Source: Acidimicrobiales bacterium
GTDB lineage: Bacteria; Actinomycetota; Acidimicrobiia; Acidimicrobiales; Bog-793
Length of the DNA stretch: 64,000 nt
NCBI GenBank assembly: GCA_052143575.1
Contig: JBKQSP010000033.1
Location: forward strand, 10,161-74,160
Reading direction: 5' to 3'
A program made the translations under genes and the position numbers. A model generated the notes under the pieces. The model searched no databases and was not told where the DNA came from. It saw only the letters and a program-made list of their open reading frames with translations. Shown here in pieces: positions 9,131 through 18,965 of the stretch. Numbering within the stretch: the first letter of the stretch is position 1; every line of letters starts with the position of its first letter.

Positions 9131-9968
9131 GGGCGCCCAGGGCTCCACGGCGGCAGCCGCCCATCCCGAGCGCTGGACGGACCCGTCGTTCCTGAGGAGC
9201 GTCCAGTACGCGGATCCCTCCAATTTCGAGGCACGCCAGTCCATCTACGCCTACCAACAACCGCGCCTGCGGATTCACGATTGGGCACTCGATCTCGGCG
9301 ATCTCGCCGGTGACGAGACGGTTCTCGACGTCGGTTGCGGCAACGGCTCCTACCTGGCCGCCCTACAGCGGCGAGGCCATCGTGGGCTCGTGGTGGGCAT
9401 GGACTTCTCGGCCGGCATGCTGCGGAGCGTCCGCGCTTCGGACCGTGACGGCCCCCAGCCGGTCGTGCAGGGAGACGCCGCCGCCCTGCCGTTCGCGTCC
9501 GGCTCGGTCGACGTCGCCCTCGCCATGCACATGCTCTACCACGTGCCCGATCGCGCACGGGCGCTTCTCGAGCTGCGCCGCGTCGTCGGCCGGGAGGGCG
9601 TTCTGCTCGTCGTGCTCAACGGCTCGCAGCACAGCGCCGAGCTGCGCGCCCTCGTGCGTCGGTGGTTCGCCGAAACCGGTGCACGGGCCGTTCCGCCGCG
9701 TCAGTCGCTCGACGCCGATGCCGGCGAGAGCTTGCTGAGCCGCTACTTCTCCGTCGCGCGCCACGACGCTCCAGCGGCTCAGCTCGTGATGAGCGAGCCA
9801 CGACCCGTCGTCGAGTACGTGCGCAGCATGAGCTTCATCCGGCCGGGCCCCGAGGCGGGGGACGAGGAAGCCCTCTTGGCCTTCGTGGCCGAGGCGGTGT
9901 CATCCAGCATCGCCGCCGAGGGTGCTTTTCGCATCACGACGGCGAGCAGTTGCCTCGTGTGCCGCTGA
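9120..9968 (+). CDS. Class I SAM-dependent methyltransferase
   Basis: It has the SAM-binding motif I VLDVGCGNGSYL and the downstream VDVALAMHMLYHV. Confidence 0.8.
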   Translation: MSTEGAQGSTAAAAHPERWTDPSFLRSVQYADPSNFEARQSIYAYQQPRLRIHDWALDLGDLAGDETVLDVGCGNGSYLAALQRRGHRGLVVGMDFSAGMLRSVRASDRDGPQPVVQGDAAALPFASGSVDVALAMHMLYHVPDRARALLELRRVVGREGVLLVVLNGSQHSAELRALVRRWFAETGARAVPPRQSLDADAGESLLSRYFSVARHDAPAAQLVMSEPRPVVEYVRSMSFIRPGPEAGDEEALLAFVAEAVSSSIAAEGAFRITTASSCLVCR

Positions 9969-10011
9969 TGCGAGTCGGCTCAGGGAACGCCCACCGGATA
10001 CTGTCCGGGCT

Positions 10012-10632
10012 ATGAGCCCCGTGCCGGCGCGGCGTCGACTCTCGGCCGCCGACCGGCGATCGCAGCTGATCGAGGTCGGCTGCAATGCCTTCGCCGAGCT
10101 CGGCTACGAGGCCGCCACCGTGGAGGAGATCGCTCGCAGGGCCGGCATCACGAAGCCGATCGTCTACGAGCACTTCGGCGGCAAGGACGGCCTCTACACC
10201 GTCATCATCGAGCACGAGGCGACCTGTGTGCTCGAGACCATCTCGAAGGCCATCGCCGTCGGGTCGCCGCGTGAGCGCATCGAAGCCGCCGTGCTCGCCT
10301 TTCTCGGCTACGTGCGCGACAACCCGGCCGGTTTCGCCGTGCTTGTCCGCGACAGCCCGGCGAGCAGCCGCTACGCCAGCATGCTGGCGGACATCGCTTC
10401 CCAAGTGGGCTGCATCTTCACCGAGGAGTTCGAACGCGCCGGCTACGACGGGCGCTTTGCTCCCATCTATGCGCAGGCGCTCATCGGCATGGTGACGTCC
10501 GTGGGCGAGTGGTGGGACGAGGATCGCTCCCGCCCCGTGGAGGACGTCGCCAGCCACGTGGCGGCGCTCGCCTGGATGGGGTTGCGCCACCTTCCCCGCA
10601 ATCCCGCCAGGGTCAATCCCAGCGGAACATGA
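10012..10632 (+). CDS. TetR/AcrR family transcriptional regulator
   Basis: The ATG at 10012 is in the frame of ORF 9922..10632. The N-terminal HTH reads ATVEEIARRAGITKPIVYEHFGGK. Confidence 0.85.
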   Translation: MSPVPARRRLSAADRRSQLIEVGCNAFAELGYEAATVEEIARRAGITKPIVYEHFGGKDGLYTVIIEHEATCVLETISKAIAVGSPRERIEAAVLAFLGYVRDNPAGFAVLVRDSPASSRYASMLADIASQVGCIFTEEFERAGYDGRFAPIYAQALIGMVTSVGEWWDEDRSRPVEDVASHVAALAWMGLRHLPRNPARVNPSGT

Positions 10633-11341
10633 CGGCGGCGACCACCGGAGCCGCCACCGCCCAGGTGACGAGGACGATCCACGACTCGGCCGGGCCGGCG
10701 CCGGCCGTCCCAGAGCCTGCGAGGGTCGCCTGCAGCGCACGTGAGAGGGCGGCGGCAGGCAGAGCGCGGGCGACGACGGCGAAGCCGCCCAGCTTCGTCA
10801 CCGGGAAGACGATTCCGCCGATCAGCAGCAGCACGAGGTAGACGCCATTGGAGAGTGCCAGGTTGATCTCCGCTCTGAGCGCCCCCGCCATGGCGAGACC
10901 GATGCCGGCGAAGGCAACGGTCGCCAGCAGCTCGGCGACAACGGCGAGCCCGGCCGAGGCGTGCGGCCGCCAACCGAGGCCGACGGCGATCGCCACGAGG
11001 ATGACGACTTGGACGACCTCCACGGCGATGACCGAGATGATCTTGGCGGCGAGCAGCCGCGGGCGACCGAGCGGCGTCGAACCGAGTCGCTTCAGCACGC
11101 CGTAGCTCCGCTCGAAGCCCGTGGCGATACCGAGGCTCACCATCGCTGTCGACATCACCGCCAGCGCCAGGACGCCCGGCGCCAGGAAGTCGATCGGGTG
11201 CCGGTCGCCGGTCGGCAACACGTGGACCTCCGAGAAGAAGACGAGCAGGAAGGCGGGGATGCCGAGCGTGACGAGGAGGGTTTCGCCGCGCTGCAACGTC
11301 ATGGTGACCTCGGCGGCGACCTGGGAACGGAGGGCACGCAC
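10613..11341 (-). CDS. ABC-2 type transporter permease
   Basis: The 242-aa protein has about 6 TM segments. It lies immediately downstream of an ABC ATPase (3-nt gap). Confidence 0.8.
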   Translation of the reverse strand: MRALRSQVAAEVTMTLQRGETLLVTLGIPAFLLVFFSEVHVLPTGDRHPIDFLAPGVLALAVMSTAMVSLGIATGFERSYGVLKRLGSTPLGRPRLLAAKIISVIAVEVVQVVILVAIAVGLGWRPHASAGLAVVAELLATVAFAGIGLAMAGALRAEINLALSNGVYLVLLLIGGIVFPVTKLGGFAVVARALPAAALSRALQATLAGSGTAGAGPAESWIVLVTWAVAAPVVAAVMFRWD

Positions 11342-11343
11342 GC

Positions 11344-12294
11344 TCAGGCCGACCCGTCCGGATCGCTCACGAGCCGCAAGAAGAGGTCCTCCAGCCGCTC
11401 ATGGCCAGCCCGGAGCGTCCCGAGAGCGAGTCCCCGCTCCGCCATCCAGGTGTTGAGCGACGCCAGCAAAGCAGGCGTGAGGGCGCCCGGGACGACGTAG
11501 TCGCCGGGTCCCCCCTCGGTCACTTCCACGCCGAGCGCCGCCGAGAGAGCAGCGACGTCGAGCCCGGCGGCGGCCGAGAAACGCACGGCGTCAGTTCCCG
11601 AGGCGATTTCTCCCGGAGCGCCGGCGACGACGACGCGACCGCGATTGATGATGACGACACGGTCGGCGAGTCGCTCCACCTCGTCGAGCTCGTGGCTCGT
11701 GAGCACGACACAGGTGCCCTCGTCTCGCACGGCGGCGATGACGCCTCGCACGGCGAGGCGCCCAGCCGGGTCGACGCCCGACGTTGGCTCGTCGAGGAAG
11801 ACGACCTGCGGGCGCCCGAGCAGGGCGAGGGCGAGGGCGAGGCGCTGCTGTTCGCCACCGGACAATCGCTTGAAGGGCGTTCTTGCGACGCCACCGAGAC
11901 CGAGCAGTTCGATCAGCTCCGATCCGTCCCGGGGCTGGTCGTAGTAGGAGGCGAACAGGTGCACCGCTCGTTCCGCGTTCATCATCGGGTAGATGCCCGG
12001 TTGCTGCAGCATGACGCCGATGCGGCTCACGAGGGCGCGGTGGTCGCCCGCCGGGTCGAGTCCGAGGACCCGGACCTTTCCGGAGCCGGGCCGGCGGTAG
12101 CCCTCGAGAGTCTCGACGGTGGTGGTCTTCCCGGCGCCGTTCGGCCCCAGGATCGCCAGCACCTCGCCCGAACTGGCCGTGAACGATATGCCGTCCACGG
12201 CGACCCGCTCTCCGTAGGCCACGCGGAGATCCTCAACGACGACAGCAGGAGCGGCGGTCCCGCCGGGCGGGCCCGGAGCCGTCTCGAAGCCCAC
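11344..12294 (-). CDS. ABC transporter ATP-binding protein (DrrA-like)
   Basis: It has a Walker A (GPNGAGKTT), the ABC signature LSGGEQQR and a Walker B (VVFLDEPTSGVD). The GTG at 12294 lies just downstream of the response-regulator stop at 12297. Confidence 0.85.
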   Translation of the reverse strand: MGFETAPGPPGGTAAPAVVVEDLRVAYGERVAVDGISFTASSGEVLAILGPNGAGKTTTVETLEGYRRPGSGKVRVLGLDPAGDHRALVSRIGVMLQQPGIYPMMNAERAVHLFASYYDQPRDGSELIELLGLGGVARTPFKRLSGGEQQRLALALALLGRPQVVFLDEPTSGVDPAGRLAVRGVIAAVRDEGTCVVLTSHELDEVERLADRVVIINRGRVVVAGAPGEIASGTDAVRFSAAAGLDVAALSAALGVEVTEGGPGDYVVPGALTPALLASLNTWMAERGLALGTLRAGHERLEDLFLRLVSDPDGSA

Positions 12295-12296
12295 GC

Positions 12297-13190
12297 TCAG
12301 CGCCGCGGCGCCTCGAAGCGATAGCCGACGCCGCGGATCGTCGTGATGAGGACCGGATGAGCGGGGTCCGCCTCGATGCGGGAGCGCAGCCGCTTGATGT
12401 GGACGTCGAGCGTCTTCGTGTCGCCGACGTAGTCGAGGCCCCACACCCGGTCGATGAGCGTGTCACGCGTGACGACCCTGCCGGCGTTGGCGAGGAGGAT
12501 CTCGAGGAGCTCGAACTCCTTGAGGGGCAGCTTCACCTCCTGCTCTCGCACCATGCATTCGTGGCGAGAGACGTCGAGGTGCACGCCGCCGACTTCGAGG
12601 ACCTCCTCGAGGTCACGGCGCAGCGGTCGGCGCTCGGACGCCCCCGAGCGCTGCCGCTCTGGCGCCACGGCCGGAACCGGAGCAACCGTCGCCGTCGCCT
12701 CCACCAGCGCCGCCGTCGGATTGATCGCCACGACCGCCGCCAGTGACCCGTCGCCGTTCTCGCTCGCGGTCCGGGAGGGGTGGTTGATGTTGCTGAGCGG
12801 GATCTGCCTCGACCCGCGACGCAAGACGGCTCGCATGCGGGAGACGAGCTCACGGAGCCGGTACGGCTTGGCGACATAGTCGTCGGCACCGACCTCGAGG
12901 CCGACGACGGTGTCGAGCTCGGTGGACTTTGCCGTCACCATGATGATGGGGACGTCGGAGTGGGCGCGGATCGTGCGGCAGACGTCGATGCCGGACATAC
13001 GCGGCAGCATGACGTCGAGGAGCACGAGGTCGGTTGTGGCTGCGTCGAAGCGCTCGAGCGCTTCGACACCGTCTCGGGCGACGGTGATGGCGAAGCCCTC
13101 ACGCTCGAGTCCTACGACGAGGGCGTCCACGAAGGACTCGGCATCCTCCACGAGGAGGACCCGAGTGGGTGCTGCGATGTCGATGGTCAC
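12297..13190 (-). CDS. OmpR/PhoB-family response regulator (RegX3/PhoP-like) with an unusually long inter-domain linker
   Basis: The receiver domain reads RVLLVEDA...LLDVMLPRMSGID...ADDYVAKP. The winged-helix output domain reads LPLKEFELLEILLANAGRVVTRDTLIDRVWG...TIRGVGYRF. About 65 Ala/Pro/Val-rich residues separate the two domains. Confidence 0.9.
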   Translation of the reverse strand: MTIDIAAPTRVLLVEDAESFVDALVVGLEREGFAITVARDGVEALERFDAATTDLVLLDVMLPRMSGIDVCRTIRAHSDVPIIMVTAKSTELDTVVGLEVGADDYVAKPYRLRELVSRMRAVLRRGSRQIPLSNINHPSRTASENGDGSLAAVVAINPTAALVEATATVAPVPAVAPERQRSGASERRPLRRDLEEVLEVGGVHLDVSRHECMVREQEVKLPLKEFELLEILLANAGRVVTRDTLIDRVWGLDYVGDTKTLDVHIKRLRSRIEADPAHPVLITTIRGVGYRFEAPRR

Positions 13191-14443
13191 ACGTCGCTCC
13201 TCGGCTGGAGGGGCAGGCGGAGCGTGAAGGTCGAGCCTTCGCCCTCCCGGGACTCCACCTGCACGCTGCCACGATGGTTGGCGGCTACGTGGCGCACGAT
13301 AGCCAGTCCGAGTCCCGTCCCGCCTGTCGAGCGACTGCGGCCCTGGTCGACGCGGTAGAAACGCTCGAAGATGCGTTCCAGATCACGCGCCGGTATGCCG
13401 ACGCCGGCGTCGGCCACCTCGATGAGTACCTCGTCGCCGGCCAACCGGCCGGTGCAGCTGACGTCGGAGTTCTCGTAGGAGAACTTCACGGCGTTCTCGA
13501 GCAGGTTGTAGACGGCCGAGGTGAGCTGGCGACGGTCGCCGAGCACGGCCACGGGCGGATCCGGCTCGTCGAGAACGACCTGCACGTTGAGCTGCTCCGC
13601 CGCCGCCCTCACGCGCTCGGCCGCTTCGGCCATGACGAGGTTGACGAGTACCGGCTCGCGAGGCGGTGACTCCTCGTTCTCGATCCGGGAAAGATCGAGC
13701 AGGTCGTCGATGACCCGGCTGATGCGAAACGCCTCCGTGTGGATGCGGTGCGCCAGTCGTTGGGCGACTTGCGGCTCCGTTTCGGCGAGGAGGGTCTCGG
13801 CGAGGAGGCCGACGGCGCCCATGGGCGTCTTCAGCTCGTGGCTGACGTTGGCGACGAAGTCGCGACGGATGCCCTCGAGCCGCCGCCGCTCAGACACGTC
13901 GTCGATCACGGCCATCACGCCGAGGACCCGAGTGCCGTTGTCGATGCTCTCGGTTCGCACGACGAGTGTCCGCCGCGGCGGCCCGTAGAGCTCGAGCGTG
14001 CGTTCCTCCGTGGCGCCGATGGGCGTCGACTGCAGCAGCTCCTCGACGGCTTGGGCGGCGAGAGCGTCTCCGTGCCGACCGCTCATGAGCATGAGGGCGT
14101 TGTGGTTCGAGAAGACCGTCTCGCCGTGCTCGTCACGGATCAGGACGGCCTGCGGGAGGGCGTCGAGCGCTCGGCGGATACGGATCGTCTCCGAGCTGGC
14201 CTCGTGCACGGCTGCCACCGCGTTGTCCGTGGCCCGTTCCAGGAGGGCGAGGCTTTCCTCCAGACTCTTCGGATCGCGGGAGGGAGGGTCGGCGCCGAGA
14301 CGGGAGACGAGTGCCCCGATCCTCTGGCGCATCGCCCGTCCGCCCCGCCGATCACCGAGGGAGAAGGCGGCGCCGATCGCCACGATCACGACGACAGCGG
14401 TGACCACGATCTCGAGCACAGATACGTGCATCACGGTCGCCAC
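13187..14443 (-). CDS. Sensor histidine kinase (SenX3/PhoR-like) with a PAS-like region
   Basis: It has the H-box FVANVSHELKTP, the N-box LLENAVKFS and a G-box GTGLGLAIV. A single N-terminal TM segment is present. It overlaps the regulator gene by 4 nt. Confidence 0.9.
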   Translation of the reverse strand: MATVMHVSVLEIVVTAVVVIVAIGAAFSLGDRRGGRAMRQRIGALVSRLGADPPSRDPKSLEESLALLERATDNAVAAVHEASSETIRIRRALDALPQAVLIRDEHGETVFSNHNALMLMSGRHGDALAAQAVEELLQSTPIGATEERTLELYGPPRRTLVVRTESIDNGTRVLGVMAVIDDVSERRRLEGIRRDFVANVSHELKTPMGAVGLLAETLLAETEPQVAQRLAHRIHTEAFRISRVIDDLLDLSRIENEESPPREPVLVNLVMAEAAERVRAAAEQLNVQVVLDEPDPPVAVLGDRRQLTSAVYNLLENAVKFSYENSDVSCTGRLAGDEVLIEVADAGVGIPARDLERIFERFYRVDQGRSRSTGGTGLGLAIVRHVAANHRGSVQVESREGEGSTFTLRLPLQPRSDV

Positions 14444-14601
14444 GCCTCCAGCTTGGCAGCCCGCTCCGCCTTGCCCGTTTGCAGAAATATAAGAAAATCA
14501 CTTGAGAACAAAAGAAAACCACTGATATCCTGATGAGCAGCATCGGTCGATCCGGCCCGTCGTGAGTCCAAGCGCCTGAGCGCTCAGCCGGGAGGTCGAT
14601 C

Positions 14602-14913
14602 GTGACACCACTCATCCACCGGTGGCTGCTGGCGGGAACGCCAATCGTCCCCTTCAACCCCAACTCGGGCGCCGTCCCCGGCTCCGGTCCGCTCGAGACC
14701 CTGACGAACGGCATCGGTTGGTGGGCGCTCGTCGCTTCGCTCGTCGGGCTCGTGCTCGGCGCCGCCGCCTGGGCACTCGGGAGCCACACGAACAACTACC
14801 AGTACTCGAGCGCCGGGCGGCGGGCGGTCGTGGTCTCCGCCATGGCCGCCCTCGTGATCGGGGCGGCACCGATCGTCATCAACTTCCTGTTCAGCCAAGG
14901 ACGGCTGTTCTGA
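14602..14913 (+). CDS. Small two-TM membrane protein, VirB2/TrbC pilin-like (DUF6112-like)
   Basis: A GGGAGG RBS lies 8 nt upstream of the GTG start. The 103-aa protein has a leader followed by two hydrophobic helices (WWALVASLVGLVLGAAAWALG and AVVVSAMAALVIGAAPIVINFLF). It is the first gene of the T4SS-like cluster. Confidence 0.55.
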   Translation: MTPLIHRWLLAGTPIVPFNPNSGAVPGSGPLETLTNGIGWWALVASLVGLVLGAAAWALGSHTNNYQYSSAGRRAVVVSAMAALVIGAAPIVINFLFSQGRLF

Positions 14914-14966
14914 GCCCGTCCGGCGCCGGCGGCGGTCCCGGGTCCCTCGCCGCCGCCCCGGCGCTG

Positions 14967-16199
14967 TTGTCGCCGGCCCGCCGAGCGGTCAGTTCCGGGC
15001 TCCTTCCGAGCCCGTCGAACCTCTTGAAGCAGCTGGCGACCGATCTCGTCTCGGGTTTCTTCAAGGCGTTCGCACACTGGGTGGCGAGCGGCACGACGTG
15101 GCTGCTGCATGAGGCATGGCACGGCATGTCGGCCACGACCGAGCCGGTGCTGACGGGCGCCGCCTTCAGCTCCGAGTACCAGGTCATGATCCTCATCGGG
15201 CTAGGCGGTGTGGCGCCCATGCTCGGGCTCGCCGTCATTCAGGCCATCGCCCGACAGGATCCGAGTGGTCTCCTGCGGACCGCCCTCCTGCGCCTCCCGA
15301 CGGCGCTCCTGCTCACCGGTGTCGTGATCGAGCTCGTGTCGCTCGGCCTCAGGTTCACCGACGAGGCGAGCGTCGCCTTGCTGACGGCGGGCGCAGGCGC
15401 CGCCGGGCGGGCCTTCGGCAACATCGAGGCTGCCGTCGGGCCGGTGGCGCCGGCGGCGTACGGATTCGGCCAGCTGCTCCTTGTCCTCGTCGTAGCGCTC
15501 GTCGGGTTCATGCTCTGGGTCGAGCTGGCGGTGCGATCCGCCGCTGTCGCCGTGGCGACACTGTTTCTCCCGCTCGCCCTCGCCGGGCTCGTCTGGCCGG
15601 CGACCTCGCACTGGGCGCGGCGCCTCGGAGAGACGCTTGCCGGCCTCGTCCTCATGAAGCTCGTCATGGCCGCCGTGCTCGCACTTGCCGGCGGTGCCCT
15701 CGCGGCGGACGCCGGCGGCATCTCGAGCCTCGTGGAGGGCGTCGCCCTGCTCGGCCTGACGGCGTTCTCTCCCTTCGTCCTGTTCCGGTTGATCCCCATC
15801 GTCGAGGGCGGTGCCGTCGGGCACCTCGAGGGGGCTCGCCCGGCGCAGGCAGTGAAGGACCAGGCGTCGTCTCTTGCCGCCGACGGCGCCCACTGGGTGA
15901 CGGCAGCTCTCAGCGTCGCCAAGCCGGCCTCGAAGGGCACCTCCGGCCAGGAGGGAGTGGCCAGCCTACCTGGCGCCGGCGGCAGCGTCTTCGCTGCCGG
16001 GGCAGCGAGCCGTGGGCGTGCAGCTGCCCGGCCGTCGTCCTCGCCGGGTGCCACCGGAGGCGACCCGGGCAGGGGCGAAGCGCCAGCGGGCCGCACGGGC
16101 GAGCCGGCGGCGCCCGGGAGCGGGAGCCAACTCGGCGAGGCGGGCTGGGTGCAGCACATCGTCCGTCGCTCCGAGAACCGCAGCCGTGGCCCCTCCTGA
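14967..16199 (+). CDS. Polytopic membrane protein, TrbL/VirB6-like, with a Gly/Ala/Pro-rich C-terminal tail (start uncertain)
   Basis: It uses the frame of ORF 14622..16199 downstream of the preceding stop. It has at least 6 predicted TM helices, for example LLLVLVVALVGFMLWVELAV and LAGLVLMKLVMAAVLALAGGAL. Start candidates are the TTG at 14967 and the ATG at 15126. Confidence 0.5.
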   Translation: MSPARRAVSSGLLPSPSNLLKQLATDLVSGFFKAFAHWVASGTTWLLHEAWHGMSATTEPVLTGAAFSSEYQVMILIGLGGVAPMLGLAVIQAIARQDPSGLLRTALLRLPTALLLTGVVIELVSLGLRFTDEASVALLTAGAGAAGRAFGNIEAAVGPVAPAAYGFGQLLLVLVVALVGFMLWVELAVRSAAVAVATLFLPLALAGLVWPATSHWARRLGETLAGLVLMKLVMAAVLALAGGALAADAGGISSLVEGVALLGLTAFSPFVLFRLIPIVEGGAVGHLEGARPAQAVKDQASSLAADGAHWVTAALSVAKPASKGTSGQEGVASLPGAGGSVFAAGAASRGRAAARPSSSPGATGGDPGRGEAPAGRTGEPAAPGSGSQLGEAGWVQHIVRRSENRSRGPS

Positions 16200-17667
16200 G
16201 CCGTCGCCGGCCCGCTACCGTCTCGGGCCCCGCAGCACCCGCGGGCTCGTCGCCGGCTGGCGGGCGGGCCAGATCGCCTGTGTGGCGATCGGCCTCGTGC
16301 TCGCCGTGGGCTTCCTCCGCTCCATCGGCGGACCCCCCGGAGGGTTGCTCGCCCTTGCCGCCGCCGGCGGTGGAGTGGCCATGGCGACGTGGCCGGTGGG
16401 CGGGCGGACACTCGAGCAGTGGGCGCCGACGCTGGCGAGCTTCGGCATCCGGGCTGCGGCTGATGCTCGGCACCGACCCTGGCAGGGCGCCAATCGCCGA
16501 CCTTGCGGAGCCCTCAGCAGCATGGCCTTGCTGGAGCTGCCGGAACCAGGGGAGTGGGAGCCGGCCTGGCGGGAAGGTCTCGAGACCCTCGCAGAGCGCG
16601 CTCGGGCGTCCCGTGCCGGCCGACGCCCCGCCAGGACGCCCGTCTCGGCTACGGGCATCGGTGTTCTCGCAGACGCCACGTCGCACGCCTGGACGTCCGT
16701 GCTGCCCGTCGGAGGCGCGGGTTTTGCCCTCCTCAGCGAGGGCGATCGAGTCGAGAGAATCGCAGCCTGGTCGGGCGTGCTGGCGGCCATGGCTCGCGAC
16801 ACCGCAGGTCTGCACCGGCTGCAATGGCTGTCGGCCACCTACCCCGCCTGGCTCGAGGATGCCTTGCCGGGCGGCGGCAGCGGCCTGCCGGGCGAGCACT
16901 ATGCCCGCCTCCTCGAGGAAGCATCGCCCGAGCTGTGGGCGCACGAGGTGTGCGTCGCCGTCAGCGTGCGCCGGAGCACCCCCCGCGGGAGCGGCGTCGA
17001 CGGTGCCGCTGCCCTCTTGCGCGAGCAGCTCTCGACCCTCGGCGATCGCCTTCGAGGGGCCGGCCTCGCCCCCGGGCCACCGCTCTCGCCCCTGGCCCTC
17101 GCCTCTCTCGTACGGCGGAGCTTCGAGATGGCGCCGATCGGCACGCCGGCTCCGTGGCCCTGGCCGGTCGGGATCGACGACGGCTGGGGGCACCTGCGCA
17201 CGGACGCCGCCTGGCACGCCACCTACTGGGTGGCGGAATGGCCGCGCTGCGAGGTCGGTGGGGGTTTCCTGTTGCCGCTGCTGCTCGAGCCGCGCTTGCG
17301 ACGCGTCGTGTCGGTGACGATGGCACCGGTGGCGGTCGTGGCGGCGGTGCGGCGAGCCGAGCGGGACCGGACCGAGGGCACCGCAGATGCCGAGATGCGG
17401 CGCCGGCACGGCTTCGCGATGACGGCGAGGGCGGCGCAGGAGCAGGAAAGCCGCCGGCAGCGAGAAGCCGAGCTGGCTGAGGGGCACGCCGGCTACCGCT
17501 ACTCGGGCTATGTCCGACTGACGGAGGCGGATCAGGACGCGCTCGAGCGTTCCTGTGGCCGGCTCGAGCAGTCGGCCGCACTGGCTCAGCTCGAACTCCG
17601 CCGCCTCTACGGCGCCCAGGAGGAGGGGTACTGCTGCACGCTGCCGACCGGTCGGGGGTGCCGGTGA
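16186..17667 (+). CDS. Membrane-anchored protein resembling the N-terminal half of VirB4/TcpF-type ATPases (SCO6880-family-like)
   Basis: The GTG at 16186 overlaps the upstream stop. The N-terminus reads RYRLGPRSTRGLVAGWRAGQIACVAIGLVLAVGF followed by a second TM segment, then a large soluble domain. The C-terminus reads YGAQEEGYCCTLPTGRG. Confidence 0.5.
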   Translation: MAPPEPSPARYRLGPRSTRGLVAGWRAGQIACVAIGLVLAVGFLRSIGGPPGGLLALAAAGGGVAMATWPVGGRTLEQWAPTLASFGIRAAADARHRPWQGANRRPCGALSSMALLELPEPGEWEPAWREGLETLAERARASRAGRRPARTPVSATGIGVLADATSHAWTSVLPVGGAGFALLSEGDRVERIAAWSGVLAAMARDTAGLHRLQWLSATYPAWLEDALPGGGSGLPGEHYARLLEEASPELWAHEVCVAVSVRRSTPRGSGVDGAAALLREQLSTLGDRLRGAGLAPGPPLSPLALASLVRRSFEMAPIGTPAPWPWPVGIDDGWGHLRTDAAWHATYWVAEWPRCEVGGGFLLPLLLEPRLRRVVSVTMAPVAVVAAVRRAERDRTEGTADAEMRRRHGFAMTARAAQEQESRRQREAELAEGHAGYRYSGYVRLTEADQDALERSCGRLEQSAALAQLELRRLYGAQEEGYCCTLPTGRGCR

Positions 17668-18965
17668 GCGCCCTCCGGCTGCCCGCCCACGAGGCGACGA
17701 CGGCGCAGCTGTGCGCCGCTTATCCGTTCGTGGCGTCGCGCCCGCTCGGGGTGGGTCGGGTGCTCGTCGGGCGCGATCTCGCCGGCGGGGCCTTCGTTCA
17801 CGACCCGTTCTCGCTGTACGCGCTCGGTGTGCTCACGAACCCGAACATGACCATCCTCGGGCAGATCGGCCGCGGCAAGAGCGCTCTCGTCAAGAGCTAC
17901 CTGTACCGGCAGGCCGCCTTCGGGCGCCAGATCGCCGTGCTCGACCCGAAGGGCGAATACGGGAGCCTGGCGAGAGCCCTTCAGGCCGAGCCCATCACCC
18001 TCTCGCCCGCTGGCGGGGTGAGGATCAACCCGCTCGACGAGAGCGGCTTGTTCCGAGGCAGCGATGCGGGCGTCCGCCACCGTCGTCTCGTCCTGCTCGG
18101 TGCGCTCGCCGAGGCGACGCTGCATCGGCGCCTTTCGCCCCGCGAGCACACCGCCCTCGAGCTCGCCCTCGACGAGGCGGTCGCCCTCTCGCTCGTGCCG
18201 ACTCTCAACTCCGTCGTGGACGCCGTGCTCCGCCCTCGTCCCGACGCCGGTGTCCGGCTCGGCATCACGGCGAGGTCGCTTGTCGAGGACGGCCGCGACG
18301 TCGGCTTGGAGCTCCGGCGGCTGGTGGGCGGCGACCTTGCCGGCATGTTCGACGGCGAGACGAGCCCGGCGCTCGTCGCCCGGCGTCCGGCCGGCTCGCC
18401 AGAGGACGGGGCAGGAGCTCCTTGCGCCGTCGTCCCCCCGCTCGTCGTGGATCTCTCGGAGGTGTATCACTCCGAGGCCCTGCCGGCCCTCATGGTCTGT
18501 GCCGCAGCCTGGCTGCAGGCCATGACCGGGGCGGAGGACCGGCAGACGTTTGTTGTCGTGGACGAGGCCTGGGCGGTCCTGAGCGAACTGGCCGTCGGCC
18601 GCTTCCTGCGTTCGTCGTGGAAGCTGGCACGCGCCCGTGGCGTCGCCAACGTCGCCGTCTGTCACCGGGCGAGCGACCTGAGCGCCAGCGGAGCCGCCGG
18701 CAGCGAGGAAGCCCGACTCGCTGAGGGCTTGCTGGCCGACTCCGAGACGGTCGTCTGCTACGCCCAGCCGGCGTCGGAGCTCCCTTCCCTCGCAGCCCTG
18801 CTCGGTTGCTCACCTGCGTCGCTCTCCCTCTTGCCGAGCCTCCCCCGCGGGGTCGCCCTCTGGCGGGTGGCAGGCCAGTCGTACCTGGTCGAGCACCTGC
18901 TGGCCGCGCACGAGCACGGCCTCGTCGACACCGACGCTCGCCTCCGCAGTGCGACAGCCTCCTAA
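17658..18965 (+). CDS. P-loop ATPase, VirB4 C-terminal-domain-like
   Basis: It has a Walker A (ILGQIGRGKSALVKSY) and a Walker B (TFVVVDEAWAVL). Its start overlaps the upstream stop. Confidence 0.75.
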   Translation: MPVSALRLPAHEATTAQLCAAYPFVASRPLGVGRVLVGRDLAGGAFVHDPFSLYALGVLTNPNMTILGQIGRGKSALVKSYLYRQAAFGRQIAVLDPKGEYGSLARALQAEPITLSPAGGVRINPLDESGLFRGSDAGVRHRRLVLLGALAEATLHRRLSPREHTALELALDEAVALSLVPTLNSVVDAVLRPRPDAGVRLGITARSLVEDGRDVGLELRRLVGGDLAGMFDGETSPALVARRPAGSPEDGAGAPCAVVPPLVVDLSEVYHSEALPALMVCAAAWLQAMTGAEDRQTFVVVDEAWAVLSELAVGRFLRSSWKLARARGVANVAVCHRASDLSASGAAGSEEARLAEGLLADSETVVCYAQPASELPSLAALLGCSPASLSLLPSLPRGVALWRVAGQSYLVEHLLAAHEHGLVDTDARLRSATAS

